Positions 8,962 through 19,727 of a DNA stretch of 64,000 nucleotides are shown piece after piece. Numbering within the stretch: the first letter of the stretch is position 1; every line of letters starts with the position of its first letter. The stretch spans positions 3,456,001 through 3,520,000 of the forward strand of contig CBDBZU010000004.1 in assembly GCA_965213625.1 (NCBI GenBank), read 5' to 3'. This DNA comes from a bacterium (GTDB lineage Bacteria; UBA8248). The position numbers and the translations under genes are program-made. Below the pieces are notes generated by a model that saw only the letters and a list, made by a program, of their open reading frames with translations, was not told the DNA's origin and ran no database searches.

Positions 8962-11813
8962 TGGTCGTCTCGATCGGCGCCGTCGCCGCCCCCGCACAGG
9001 GTGCCTCCTACTACGAGCGGGACGGCTACTACGCCAGGGACGACCCTGCCCACAGGGAGGTGAGCGCATGGGCCGGCAGGGGAGCGGAGGACCTTGGCCT
9101 CACGGGCCCGGTCGACCCGGAAGTCTTCAAGGCGGTGCTCGAAGGCGAAGTGCCCGACGGTTCGGGGAGAAAGCTCGGACGCAGGCGCAAGGACGGCATC
9201 CTGGAGCACCGTCCCGGGCGCGACCTCACTTTCTCGGCCCCCAAATCCGTCTCGCTCGCCGCGCTGGTGGGCGGCGACGCCCGTGTCGTCGAGGCCCATG
9301 AGCGGGCGGTCGAGCGCACCCTCGCCTGGGTCGAGGGCAACGCCGCTGAGACCAGGATGAAGGACCCGGATACGGGAGGCATGGTCAAGGTCTGTGATCA
9401 GAAAACGGTGGCCGCGACCTTCCGCCACGACGCCTCGCGCAACCTCGACCCCCAGCTTCACACCCACGCGGTGCTGGCCAACATGGTCCAGGGTCCGGAC
9501 GGCAAATGGAGGACGATGTCCAACGAGGCGCTCTACCGCCGCCAGAAGCTGATCGGCATGCTCTACAGGAGCGAGCTGGCGCAAGAGTTGGGGAAGCTGG
9601 GCTACGGGATTGAGAAGACACACGCCGACGGGCGGTTCGAGGTCGCTGGCATTCGCCGCGAGGTGATCGAGGCGTTCTCGACCCGGCGGGCGGAGATCGA
9701 GGCGGCCATGGCCGAGCGGGGCCTGGGAACGACGGCTGCGAACCAGCGCCTCGCAGAGCGCGCGGCGCTCATGACCCGCGCCCGCAAGCGCGACGTGGAC
9801 AAGAGCGCGCTCAGGGGTATATGGGAGAAACAGGCAAAAGACTTAGGATTCGACCCCAAAGCCCTTGCGGCCGAAGCAGTGTCCCGGGCCGCCGGCCTGG
9901 AAGGCGCAGTAGAGACCCATGAGCCGTCGCAGGACCGGGGAATTGCCCAAGAAACCGGTCCGGCCGGTGAGGCCGCGGAATGGGCCGTGTCGCATCTCGC
10001 GGAGCGCGAGGCCGTGTTCGCCCGCGGCGACGCGCTTGCCGCCGCGCTGGCCTGGCGGCCGGGCGCGGTGTCCATCGAGTCGGCGGAGAGGGCGCTGGGC
10101 GATCTCGAAAGAGAGGGCCGGCTCCATGCCGCTCCGGCGCTCAAGGGGGGCGACGGCCTCACAACTGATAAGGCGCTGGCGGACGAGCGCGAGACGATCG
10201 GGCTGATGCGGGTCGGCCAGGGCCGGGGCCGGGCGGTGATGCGCACCTGGATGGTGCAGGCGCATCTGCACAAGGGACCGCTGACACAAGGCCAGAGGGA
10301 AGCGGTCAAGCTCATCCTCTCGGCCAAAGATCGCGTCGTCGGCGTACAGGGCTATGCCGGGACCGGCAAGACCACCATGCTCAGCCGTGCCCGCGCTCTC
10401 CTCGAAAAACGCGGGTTCGAGGTCAAGGGCCTCGCGCCGTCGGCCTCGGCGGTGAAGACGCTCGGAACCGAGGCCGGGATCGAGAGCGAGACGCTGCAGC
10501 GTTTCCTCACCCGAAACACCGGCGTGGCTGAAGGCAAGCTCACCAGAAAGGCCGAGAAGCAGATGCGCGCGGCCTGGGGCAAGACGGTTCTTGTGGTGGA
10601 CGAAGGGTCCCTCGCCTCCACCCTGCAGGCCCGCGACCTCCTGCGGGTTGCAGGCGCCTTGCGCATCCCCAGGGTCGTGCTGGTGGGCGATGAGAAACAA
10701 CTGGACGCCGTGGACGCCGGCAAGCCCTTCGCGCAACTCCAGCAAGCCGGTATGAAGACCGCCGTGATGGACGATATCCTGCGCCAGCGCGACCCGGAGC
10801 TTAAAGCCGCAGTCGAGGCGAGCCTCGCCGGCGAGATCGGCCGCGCGTTCGAGAAGCTCGGGTCGAACGTCGCGCAGGTGAAGGCAGACAACATCGCGGG
10901 CGCGGTGGCGGCGCGCTGGCTCGAACTGTCCCCCGAGGCGAGGGAGAACACCGGCGTCATGGCGCCCAGTCATGAACTTCGCCAGAAGATCAACGCTCAT
11001 ATCAGAGAGCGTCTCGCGCGTGAGGGCCGTATCCACGGCCCCGCCTTCAGGGGGGAGCGGCTCGTCTCGCGCGGTTATACGAACCCCGAGAAATCGCTCG
11101 CCGCGAACTACGCCCCGGGAGACGTCGTGGCCTTCCACCGCCCCTACAAGCGCATGGGTGTCGAGAAGGGCGACGAACTCCGCGTATCGGGCGTGGATCA
11201 CGAGAACCAGACGGTGATGCTCGAAGGCAAGGACGGCGGGAGCGTCTCATGGAAGCCCGGGCGGATTGCCGGGCGGAGCGGCGGCGCCGAGGTCTACCGG
11301 GCCGAAGAGATCGAGCTTCGCGCCGGCGACCGGGTACGCTGGACCCGCAACGACATGGGCTCAGGCCTCGTCAACAGCCGCACGGCCGACGTGCTTTCGG
11401 CCGGGAACGGCCACGTCTCCTTCCGCCTCGAAGACGGGCGCAGGCTCGGCATGACCTCGGGCGATCCCCAACTGCGCCATCTCGACCATGCATGGGCCTC
11501 GACCGTGCATGCCTTCCAGGGCCGGACCGTAGACAACGTGATCGCCGCGATGCAGGCCAACCACCCCCACCTCACCACGCAGAAGAGCTTCTACGTGGAG
11601 CTCAGTCGTGCCCGCGACCGGGCCGAACTCGTGACCGACGACGCGAATGCCCTGCGCCAGCGGCTCGAAACCGCGACTGGAGAGCGGATTGCGGCGCTGG
11701 ATGGGATCGGGCAAGCGGCGCGGGACACGCTGGTGAAAGAGACGGGAGCGGAGTCTAAGGCGGGACAAACGGCGGTGCGAGAGAAGCAGGTCGAGCCGGG
11801 TCTCGGTTTATGA
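8958..11813 (+). CDS. traI: MOBF conjugative relaxase-helicase (TrwC/TraI type)
   Basis: YYERDGYY catalytic tyrosines, DLTFSAPKSVS, HUH motif HDASRNLDPQLHTH, helicase GYAGTGKT and HAWASTVHAFQG. Confidence 0.95.
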   Translation: MMVVSIGAVAAPAQGASYYERDGYYARDDPAHREVSAWAGRGAEDLGLTGPVDPEVFKAVLEGEVPDGSGRKLGRRRKDGILEHRPGRDLTFSAPKSVSLAALVGGDARVVEAHERAVERTLAWVEGNAAETRMKDPDTGGMVKVCDQKTVAATFRHDASRNLDPQLHTHAVLANMVQGPDGKWRTMSNEALYRRQKLIGMLYRSELAQELGKLGYGIEKTHADGRFEVAGIRREVIEAFSTRRAEIEAAMAERGLGTTAANQRLAERAALMTRARKRDVDKSALRGIWEKQAKDLGFDPKALAAEAVSRAAGLEGAVETHEPSQDRGIAQETGPAGEAAEWAVSHLAEREAVFARGDALAAALAWRPGAVSIESAERALGDLEREGRLHAAPALKGGDGLTTDKALADERETIGLMRVGQGRGRAVMRTWMVQAHLHKGPLTQGQREAVKLILSAKDRVVGVQGYAGTGKTTMLSRARALLEKRGFEVKGLAPSASAVKTLGTEAGIESETLQRFLTRNTGVAEGKLTRKAEKQMRAAWGKTVLVVDEGSLASTLQARDLLRVAGALRIPRVVLVGDEKQLDAVDAGKPFAQLQQAGMKTAVMDDILRQRDPELKAAVEASLAGEIGRAFEKLGSNVAQVKADNIAGAVAARWLELSPEARENTGVMAPSHELRQKINAHIRERLAREGRIHGPAFRGERLVSRGYTNPEKSLAANYAPGDVVAFHRPYKRMGVEKGDELRVSGVDHENQTVMLEGKDGGSVSWKPGRIAGRSGGAEVYRAEEIELRAGDRVRWTRNDMGSGLVNSRTADVLSAGNGHVSFRLEDGRRLGMTSGDPQLRHLDHAWASTVHAFQGRTVDNVIAAMQANHPHLTTQKSFYVELSRARDRAELVTDDANALRQRLETATGERIAALDGIGQAARDTLVKETGAESKAGQTAVREKQVEPGLGL

Positions 11814-12014
11814 TTACCGCTTTCCCAATATCGATTGCAACTTTCTGGAGTACCAGTATAAAAATATGGTGCATGACAGATTTGGAACGGTTGATCTATA
11901 CGGTGCGCATTGATGACGGATTGCGAATCATCCATTGCCAAGGCCTGCTGCTGGTGCAGGTCAGGGAATCCATTGTTCGGATGAGCGCCACCGGCCCGGC
12001 GTATTGATTCCGGT

Positions 12015-12222
12015 CTACAGTTCGGATTCCTAGATTTTCGCCAGCTTCATGAGATGTCTTTGCAGGCCTCGCTTGAGTGACGCATTACCATGGATCGGCA
12101 CCGAGATGGGGATATCCGAACTCTTTTCGCGTAAATGCGGTGACTCCCAGGGGTGCGTGCCGATATCCAGCTCTTCGCTACCAGAATGCAGCAAAATCGC
12201 TTTCCGCTGAGAGTTTTTGCAC
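12015..12222 (-). pseudogene. hicA: HicA-family toxin, frameshifted
   Basis: Fragments LSGKRFC..L...W...R..GSHRIYAK and ISVPIHGNASLKRGLQRHLMKLA lie in different frames. Confidence 0.7.
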
Positions 12223-12422
12223 GGCGAGCTTGACGATCCGGCCCGTACCCGATGCGTCCAACTCCTGGACGTCCATGTAGAGGCATCCCTTGGCCGCGTC
12301 GTAGAGATTCCTCAGCAACTCTTCGAACGAATCTCCTCCCTGTGTCGCACAACCGGAGACGGCATGGACCTCGACCCAATAGCCCCATCTTCCGTCTCGT
12401 GTACGACTACCTTTAGTTTCAC
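12178..12422 (-). pseudogene. hicB: HicB-family antitoxin, frameshifted
   Basis: GTG-KLKVVVHETEDG shifts frame into GYWVEV..VSGCATQG.DSFEELLRNLYDA. Confidence 0.75.
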
Positions 12423-12455
12423 GATTTTCCTCCCTTCGCACGACGATTAGGTCAA

Positions 12456-13091
12456 TTGCCCCGGATCAAGACGCTCGAAGGCTTAGACTTCAGCTTCCAG
12501 CCGTCGTTGGATAAGAACCGCATCCTGGCCCTGGCCGAGTTGGGCTTCATCGAGCGTGGCGAAGTGGTGCCTCTGCTCGGGCCTCCAGGCACCGGCAAGA
12601 GCCATCTGGGCATCGCCTTGGGCATCGAAGCGGTCAAGGCTGGCAAGAGAGTCTACTTCGCCACCTTGGCCGAGATCATCGACTGGCTGGCCAAAGCCGA
12701 GCGCGAAGGCAAACTCGCCCAGCGGATCGCCTATATCGCCCGGCCCGCCCTTTTGATCATTGACGAAGTCGGATATCTGCCGGTCGAACAGGGCGGCGCC
12801 AACCTGTTCTTCCAGCTCATCAACGCCCGCTACGAGCGCGGCGCCGTCATCCTCACATCCAATCGCGGCTTTGGCGAATAGGGCGAAGTGTTCGGCGATA
12901 TCGTGGTCGTCGCCGCCCTGTTGAACCGGCTCTTGCACCACGCCAAAGTGATCGAGATCGCCGGCAACAGTTACCAGCTCAGAGAACTCGCCAAGCTGGT
13001 CCCAGAGAACTTGCAGCTGCCACCCATCACAGCGCCCGCCAAGCCCAGAAAACGACGCGGACGCCCACCGAAGAAAAAGAACCCGGAATGA
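12456..13091 (+). pseudogene. istB: IS21-family helper ATPase IstB, 5'-truncated with internal stop
   Basis: KTLEGLDFSFQPSLD, GPPGTGKSHL, LIIDEVGY, ILTSN; TAG at 12879-81 where Trp is expected. Confidence 0.9.
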
Positions 13092-13104
13092 AACAGAACT
13101 TCCA

Positions 13105-13160
13105 AAAAGTGGAAATTTTTTACTTCGGCACAACTGGGGAAATTTACTTCGGCATTGACG
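13105..13160. mobile_element. IS21-family right end (IRR)
   Basis: Twice-repeated TTTACTTCGGCA unit ending ATTGACG just after istB; imperfect reverse complement of 22259-22311. Confidence 0.8.
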
Positions 13161-13416
13161 TCGATACCAAAAAAAGGGGACATTACGGCTTTGGGGCTAA
13201 CATCGACATGATTTCCTTATCAAAAGGGGGTGTCGTTTGCAGCCTGTCGTGGCACGCTATGAGAACGAACGGCTCGCCGAATTGGGGTTTGGCGCGTGCG
13301 CGAAACGGCCAGCGGAGTTCATTGGGAAAACGGAACGAGAGCCGTGCGGTCCACGGGCGGTGGAGCAGCAGCATACCGTTCGCAATTTTTACTACCAGAT
13401 TAGGAGAGTGAAAAAA

Positions 13417-14628
13417 GTGTCCCGACGAATTGACCTGAATGCGTTGCTGGCGGGCTGCGCGGATGATTCGTTCGACGACGGCATTCGAATCGACTCGGAG
13501 CTGGAGCCGGTGGGCGGTCCTGGGGGTCCGGTGAAGCCTGCCGTGTATGAGGGCGGGAACTACCAGCGTGATCGTCGCTGGGGGGCGGCCGGAGACTCGG
13601 AGCCGACGCAGGTGATCGTCATCGACAACGTCCCGTCGCAGGCCAACCGGCTTGAGCACGCCCTGCGGCAGCATCGAAAGTCGATCTCGATTCCCGAGTT
13701 CTTACTGGACTTCTCCACTATGCGGCACTTGCCGTCACATCTCCCGAAGTCGCTGTCGAGCTTGGAGTTTCCCCACCGCAACGCGGACGCGTATCTGCGC
13801 GACTCCGAGCTCGACGGCGAGGACTTCATGAAGACGGAGATCGGCAAGGCGATTTTCGGCGCCACGGCGCAAACCTGCGGCCCGTTGGTCGCTTGGTTCC
13901 CACAAGCCCTCCTGTATGGATTCTGGCAGTCCCATCTGGGGAAGAAGCGGCAGAACACCAAACACGCCCGGGCATGGGTCTCGGAGATCGTGGGTTGGCA
14001 ACCGGCATCCACGGAAACCAAGGTGCTCGGTCTGAAGGGGGATGCCCTGAATCTTAGCACGGAAGAGCCCGTCACCTCCAACCCAAACGACCGTACGGAT
14101 TGGGAAGTTGGCAAAGGCGGGAGGATCGAGGGCGGAAAGAACGAAAAGCTATCGAATTTGGGGCACGGGCAAATCCCATTTATGGGAGGCGAAGGTGCCA
14201 ACCAAGAGCCGCCGGCCGCGAGCGTGTCCTTTGCGCGCGTGACCCAGCGCGCCACCGTCTCTTTCGCCCAACTTCGGCGCGTTGGTCTTGGAACCGGAGC
14301 CCCAGTAGCCGATGGGGCCGTGCGGGCGCTTCTTGTGGCACTGGGTCTGCACGCCCATCAGCTTGCCTTCGGCAGAGGGTTCGCGTTGCGATCGGGCGCT
14401 GAGCTACGTCCCAAGGCCACGACCGTGACCTGGCTTGGCGATGAAGGGGACGAGTCCTGCGACCTCACCGGCGCAGCGGCGACGCGCGAGCTACTCGTCG
14501 CGGCAAGGCAGCATGCCGAGTCCGTTGGCGTGCCGCTGGACGGGTGGGTTGGAGAGGCGAGAACGCTTACGCCCAAGGCGAACCTGCGCAAGGCGATCCG
14601 CGCCACCTGGCCGGTTCTCGACGACTGA
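13417..14628 (+). CDS. cas7: Type I-G (I-U) Cas7/Csb1
   Basis: LEPVGG....VKPAVY, IDNVPSQANRLE, FPHR.ADAY, ALLYGFWQS, LRSGA.L motifs; GTG start (13408 or 13417) after AGGAG. Confidence 0.9.
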   Translation: MSRRIDLNALLAGCADDSFDDGIRIDSELEPVGGPGGPVKPAVYEGGNYQRDRRWGAAGDSEPTQVIVIDNVPSQANRLEHALRQHRKSISIPEFLLDFSTMRHLPSHLPKSLSSLEFPHRNADAYLRDSELDGEDFMKTEIGKAIFGATAQTCGPLVAWFPQALLYGFWQSHLGKKRQNTKHARAWVSEIVGWQPASTETKVLGLKGDALNLSTEEPVTSNPNDRTDWEVGKGGRIEGGKNEKLSNLGHGQIPFMGGEGANQEPPAASVSFARVTQRATVSFAQLRRVGLGTGAPVADGAVRALLVALGLHAHQLAFGRGFALRSGAELRPKATTVTWLGDEGDESCDLTGAAATRELLVAARQHAESVGVPLDGWVGEARTLTPKANLRKAIRATWPVLDD

Positions 14629-16019
14629 TGTTCACCATCAGCGTGGAGTTGCTTCACGGCACCTTCCGCGGCGATCCGGACGGAACCGCCAACACCGGAC
14701 GCCTGCAGATCGGCGAGTGGCCTCCGTCGCCGGCGCGGTTGTTCGCTGCGCTCGTAGCGGCCGATGGCACTCGGCAACAGACGCAAGTCACCGACGGCAG
14801 CGAACTCCTGTGGCTGGAGGCGTTGCCCGCTCCAACCATTCACGCGCATTCGCAGGCGTGGCATCAGGCGCAGCAACCACGGTTTGTGGTGAGGGCGGAC
14901 CTTGCCAAACTCACGCACCAAGAGTATGTCGCACGCGGCGGTGCCCTACATCGCCCAGGGGTGCGAGTCGCGGCTCGCGACCCGCGAATCGTGTACAAAT
15001 GGGAAAATACGCCTCCCCCCGAGACTTTGAGGTCGATCCGTCTGCGTGCCGCGCGCGTTGGCTATCTCGGCGCGTCCGACTCGCCAGTACGTCTTCGCGT
15101 CGCGACTGAGATACCGTCCGACTCGCCAACGGACGTTTTCTTGCCCGATCCGGATGGCGAAGCGACACTGAATGTGCCTCGACCGGGCGACACCGACGTT
15201 CTGGACAGGATCTACGACGCATGGCGCGTTCGCGGCGCATCCGTCGCGCGTTCGCAGTTCCCCGCGCTGGCGCATTCGGCGCGCTACCGTACGCCGGACT
15301 GGCCAGTCAAAGAGGAGTATGGTCGCGTGGTGGCATGGCTGCACCTGCGCCCGGCCGTTTCCGGCCGTCGCGTATCCGCCGTAACCTCCCTGTTCAAGGA
15401 GGCAGTGCTCAGCCACTATCAGCGGATTCACGGTGAGCCGCCAGCCGTTTTGCACGGCCACGGATTCGAAAGAACCGGCTACGACCTTGCTCGCTATCTG
15501 GCGCTGCCCGATGTTGGTTTCGCTCGCTCGCGGGGCCGCGTTCACGGCCTGGCGCTGTGGTTACCCCCGGCCTCGGACGACATGGTGCAAGCCAGGGTTC
15601 GCGATGCGGTTTCAGCGGTGCAGGTGCTGAAAGGCTCCGGGGTCGAGGTGACTGTCTTTCCCCGGGAAGACGAGATGCGGCCTTGGGCGACCCACCCGTG
15701 CCGATGGCTGAAACCGTCGCGCAGATGGGTGACCGCGTTTCCCGTGGTTCACGAGCGGCGCGGCAAGGTGCGCTTGCGGGAGGTCGCCCGATGGTGCCGG
15801 CACGCTGGGCTGCCGGAGCCCGTTTCGTTCCGCCAGTCCCGTTCGCCGCTTGTTCCGGGCGCAGTTGACTTGATGCCGGTGGAGGTCAATCGCCCGGGGC
15901 GGCCCGCGCTTCCGTACTCCCACGTGGAAGTCCGGTTCGCAGAATCAATCCCGGGACCCGTTGTCATCGGCGCCGGCCGCCAGCGGGGTCTTGGCCTCTG
16001 CGTGCCTCTCGATGACTGA
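14628..16019 (+). CDS. csb2: Type I-G Csb2 (Cas5-Cas6 fusion)
   Basis: EWPPSPARLFAALVA, YLG.SDS.V, C-terminal Gly-rich GPVVIGAGRQRGLGLC. Confidence 0.9.
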   Translation: MFTISVELLHGTFRGDPDGTANTGRLQIGEWPPSPARLFAALVAADGTRQQTQVTDGSELLWLEALPAPTIHAHSQAWHQAQQPRFVVRADLAKLTHQEYVARGGALHRPGVRVAARDPRIVYKWENTPPPETLRSIRLRAARVGYLGASDSPVRLRVATEIPSDSPTDVFLPDPDGEATLNVPRPGDTDVLDRIYDAWRVRGASVARSQFPALAHSARYRTPDWPVKEEYGRVVAWLHLRPAVSGRRVSAVTSLFKEAVLSHYQRIHGEPPAVLHGHGFERTGYDLARYLALPDVGFARSRGRVHGLALWLPPASDDMVQARVRDAVSAVQVLKGSGVEVTVFPREDEMRPWATHPCRWLKPSRRWVTAFPVVHERRGKVRLREVARWCRHAGLPEPVSFRQSRSPLVPGAVDLMPVEVNRPGRPALPYSHVEVRFAESIPGPVVIGAGRQRGLGLCVPLDD

Positions 16020-18834
16020 GAAGGCTGACGTCGCCGACAAAGGGGTGGATCGGCAACGCAAAAAAAGCCTGCCTGCGCTGGCCACATTCCCTGAGTTCTA
16101 TCGAGCCATCAACGGGCGCGAGCCGTTTCCGTGGCAGGCCCGTTTGGCCGATCTGGTCGCCAGGGAGGAGCGGTGGCGAAGCGAGATCGGCGTTCCCACC
16201 GGGCTCGGCAAGACCGCTTGCCTGGACATCGCAGTCTGGTGGCTGGCATCGCAGGCGGACCGGGCGCCCTGCCGACGCACCGCGCCCACTCGAATCTGGT
16301 GGGTGGTCAACCGTCGCCTGCTAGTGGACTCGAGCGCCGATCATGCGCGGCGGATGGCCAATACGTTGTGCGATCCGGCAGCGGCGGAACTCGGCGACAC
16401 TGATCGGCAGGTCGTGGAGAGTATTGGCGACCGGCTGCGTGCGCTTTGGATGGACGCCAAAGCGGCGCCGCTGGATGTGATCAGCCTGCGCGGCGGTGTC
16501 GCCTCGCGCTCGCCGACCGATGCGGCACGTCCAACCATCATTCTATGCACACTGCCGATGTACGGCTCGCGACTGCTGTTTCGAGGTTATGGGTCTCGCT
16601 CGCGTTCGGTCGACGCCGCCATGGCCGGCACTGACAGCCTCGTGATCCTCGACGAGGCGCACCTTGCCCCACATCTGAAGTCCCTCATCGCGGCGTTGGC
16701 CGACTGCCATCCGACGGCGAGGGAGCTCCTCGGGGGAGGACGCGCGCGGCCGCAACTCGTCGCGCTCACCGCCACGGGCGACGCCGGCACGACGGAGCGG
16801 TTCGACCTCGACGCGGACGACGAGGCCAACACCGTCGTGCGCGAGCGCCTCGATGCGATGAAGCCGCTGCGATTGCAGGTCGCAGGCGCGGGCGATGCGT
16901 CCAAGTGTCTGGCCGATGCCGCGCTCGATCTGATCGATCCAAGCCCGCGACCCGTCACCTGTCTCGTATTTGCCAACTCTCCGAGAACGGCGCGGGCCAC
17001 ATTCGACCGCTTGCAGAAGGCAATGCCGCGTGCCGGGGCCGATGTGCTGCTGTTGACCGGCCTCGCCCGGGAGCGGGAGGCACAGCGCGTCCGTAAGCGG
17101 ATCCTGGATCCGGACTCCGGCATGGCGGCTGGTCAGGTCCTGGGCAGGCGTAAGTGCCACCTTGTCGTGGTGGCCACGCAAACGCTCGAAGTTGGCGCAG
17201 ACGTCGATGCAGAGTACTTGGTCACCGAGGCGTGCGGCGTCCGGGCGCTTACACAGCGGCTCGGTCGGCTAAACCGGCTTGGTCGCTTTCCGCACGCGCA
17301 AGCAACCTACGTCCATCTGCCACCGAAGCGGCGTGGTTCGAAGGGGACGGGAGCAACCTGGCCGGTGTACCAAGCGGAACCGGCGAAGGTGTTGGAGCAG
17401 TTGCAAGCGGCGTGCGGCGAGGACGGCACGGTCAACCTGTCGCCGCGGGTCGTTGGGCACACTCTGGGATTGCCCGGGGACGATCCAGGCCGCGCACCCG
17501 AAGTCCTTCCCGGCCTACTGTGGGAATGGACGAAGACGACCACACCTCCGGACGGCGAGGCACCTGTGGAACCGTATTTCAGCGGCATCGCGGCGCCTGA
17601 CTACTCGGTTTCGCTGCTCTGGCGTGCCCATGTGCCCGACCCTAGCAAGCGGCTGTGGCCGCGTCCGAGCGATCGCGAGGCCATCGATGTGCCTCTCAAC
17701 GATGTGCGGGCGATCCTCGCGGACGAGGAAATGTGTCGGATCGGTGCCAACGGGATCACCGTGGAGTCCGCGACAGTGGAGGACTTGCGGCCCGGCGACC
17801 GACTTGTGCTGCCGACGGACCGGGGCCTGATGGACGCGTTTGGCTGGAACCCGTCCTGTTCCGACCCCGTGGTGGATACCTCGTTGCAGGGCTTGGGCTT
17901 ACCCCTGGATGCGCAGGCGATTGAGCGGCTGTGCGGTCTGCGTCTGGAACGGTGGACGACGGCTGCGCTGGGTGACGTTGACGACGCGGATCAAATCGAC
18001 GAACTGGACCGGACGCACGCACTCAAAGAGATCGTGGCGGCGATTCGAGATGCCCCGGCACCGGCCGGCTGGGAGCGCGAGGAATGGACACGGTACACGC
18101 ATGCACTGATGCCACGGCTCTTGCAGCCCTGCAACGAGGTGCCCCGGTTGCCCATCCGCAGCCCTCGTGGAGAATTGCCCAATGACGACTTCGACGAGCT
18201 CTCGATCGGCGCAGCCGCGGTGGAACTGGATTGCCATGGCAATGCCGTGGGCAGGCGAGCGCAGATGATCGCAGAGCGCATGGGCGTGCCTCCGAACCTG
18301 TTGGCGACAGTTGTACGCGCCGCCGGGTTGCACGACATCGGGAAGGCCGATCCACGCTTTCAACGATGGCTCTCACCCGACCATCGGCACGATGGCCCGC
18401 TCCTTGCGAAATCCGACACACCGCGACACCGGTGGGAGGGCAAGCGCATTGCCGCTGGGTGGCCCCGCGGCGGCCGCCACGAGGACCTCTCGGCCCGACT
18501 GGTGCAGACCTGGCTCGAACGAGTGCCCGATTGGGGCACGCCCATGGAACGCGACTTGCTGGTGCACCTGGTGATCAGCCACCACGGCAAGGGCAGGTCG
18601 CTGGTCGCGCCGGCGGTCGACGGCATTTCGGCAACCGTGCGCGGCATGGTGGAAGGTGTCGTTGTGGAAGCGGACGCCGACCTCGGAAGCACCGACTGGG
18701 AGCAGCCTGCCCGGTTCCGACGGCTCGACGCGGAATTGGGGGCGTGGGGCCTCGCACTGCTGGAGGCGATTGTCATTTGCGCTGACCACGCCGTTTCGGC
18801 AGGCGTTCAGGAATTGGAGGAACACTACGGATGA
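16012..18834 (+). CDS. cas3: Type I-G Cas3 helicase with C-terminal HD nuclease
   Basis: PFPWQ, PTGLGKT, DEAH, ATQTLEVGAD, QRLGRLNR; C-terminal HDIGKAD...HE...HHG...AD. Confidence 0.93.
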   Translation: MTEKADVADKGVDRQRKKSLPALATFPEFYRAINGREPFPWQARLADLVAREERWRSEIGVPTGLGKTACLDIAVWWLASQADRAPCRRTAPTRIWWVVNRRLLVDSSADHARRMANTLCDPAAAELGDTDRQVVESIGDRLRALWMDAKAAPLDVISLRGGVASRSPTDAARPTIILCTLPMYGSRLLFRGYGSRSRSVDAAMAGTDSLVILDEAHLAPHLKSLIAALADCHPTARELLGGGRARPQLVALTATGDAGTTERFDLDADDEANTVVRERLDAMKPLRLQVAGAGDASKCLADAALDLIDPSPRPVTCLVFANSPRTARATFDRLQKAMPRAGADVLLLTGLAREREAQRVRKRILDPDSGMAAGQVLGRRKCHLVVVATQTLEVGADVDAEYLVTEACGVRALTQRLGRLNRLGRFPHAQATYVHLPPKRRGSKGTGATWPVYQAEPAKVLEQLQAACGEDGTVNLSPRVVGHTLGLPGDDPGRAPEVLPGLLWEWTKTTTPPDGEAPVEPYFSGIAAPDYSVSLLWRAHVPDPSKRLWPRPSDREAIDVPLNDVRAILADEEMCRIGANGITVESATVEDLRPGDRLVLPTDRGLMDAFGWNPSCSDPVVDTSLQGLGLPLDAQAIERLCGLRLERWTTAALGDVDDADQIDELDRTHALKEIVAAIRDAPAPAGWEREEWTRYTHALMPRLLQPCNEVPRLPIRSPRGELPNDDFDELSIGAAAVELDCHGNAVGRRAQMIAERMGVPPNLLATVVRAAGLHDIGKADPRFQRWLSPDHRHDGPLLAKSDTPRHRWEGKRIAAGWPRGGRHEDLSARLVQTWLERVPDWGTPMERDLLVHLVISHHGKGRSLVAPAVDGISATVRGMVEGVVVEADADLGSTDWEQPARFRRLDAELGAWGLALLEAIVICADHAVSAGVQELEEHYG

Positions 18835-19727
18835 ATGACTGCGTGTGCCGCGGATTGCCTGCCGGATGGGTCAACGGCTGGTTAGCTGCCGTGGGCGCCA
18901 CCGTGGTGGATCCACGATTGCGCCTGCATTGGACAACGGAAGACGCTCCTGTCGCGGTGCTGTCCTCGGAGTCACTGGATCCGGTCGATGCGTTGGTGGA
19001 GTCCTGGCCCGACCGGGAACTGCTGGACGACCTGCCGATTGCCACTAAATGGCGGAATGCCTGCAGGCTTGAACGCCAGGTGACGGTGGACGACTTCCGC
19101 GAGCGGGCTAGGGAAGCGCGCAGTACCTCGTATTCCTGGACGCTGTCCTCCACGCTGACGGACCTGAGCGTCGACAAAAATGGCAAGGTGGCTCACGCAC
19201 CGTTCGACGCCGCCGGCCCAGGGACGATCAAGTGGCTTCACTACCGCGTCCTGCGGCTTCACGAGAAGGTCGAACAGCCTGCTCGTTCGCGGCTCCACGC
19301 TTCCCTGATGGGGCAGGCAAGCCGAGTCCAGGACAACGGCTTGGGGTTTGACCAAAGCCGGCTGGGCTCCTTGGCGGACAAGACGGATCCTTGGGTGGAG
19401 CCTGTCGTCGAACTGCTGTCGTTCTTCGGCCTTGCCCTCTTTCCGATGCGGGGGAGCGGCGCCGACCGGAGGGACCGGGGGAGTCCAGATGAGAGGCAGC
19501 GCAGTTGGCGCAATCCTCCTCGCAGCGGCGACCCGCGAGAGTTCGTGTGGCCGGCCTGGGAGCAACCGCTTGACACCTGGGGTATCGATGCGCTGCTGGA
19601 CGTCTGGAACCCCTGGCGGCGGGACACATGGCGCCGGGTCGGCGTGCATGCCGGCTGGCACAGTGTCCGCTACCAGCCGCGGGCAACGGCCGACGCGACC
19701 CGGGCTATCGGGGCCGAGCGTCTGTGA
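18831..19727 (+). CDS. Probable small Cas8-like large subunit (Csb3-type)
   Basis: Translationally coupled between cas3 and cas4; N-terminal GL....NGWLAAVG resembles I-U Cas8 starts; only 298 aa. Confidence 0.65.
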   Translation: MNDCVCRGLPAGWVNGWLAAVGATVVDPRLRLHWTTEDAPVAVLSSESLDPVDALVESWPDRELLDDLPIATKWRNACRLERQVTVDDFRERAREARSTSYSWTLSSTLTDLSVDKNGKVAHAPFDAAGPGTIKWLHYRVLRLHEKVEQPARSRLHASLMGQASRVQDNGLGFDQSRLGSLADKTDPWVEPVVELLSFFGLALFPMRGSGADRRDRGSPDERQRSWRNPPRSGDPREFVWPAWEQPLDTWGIDALLDVWNPWRRDTWRRVGVHAGWHSVRYQPRATADATRAIGAERL

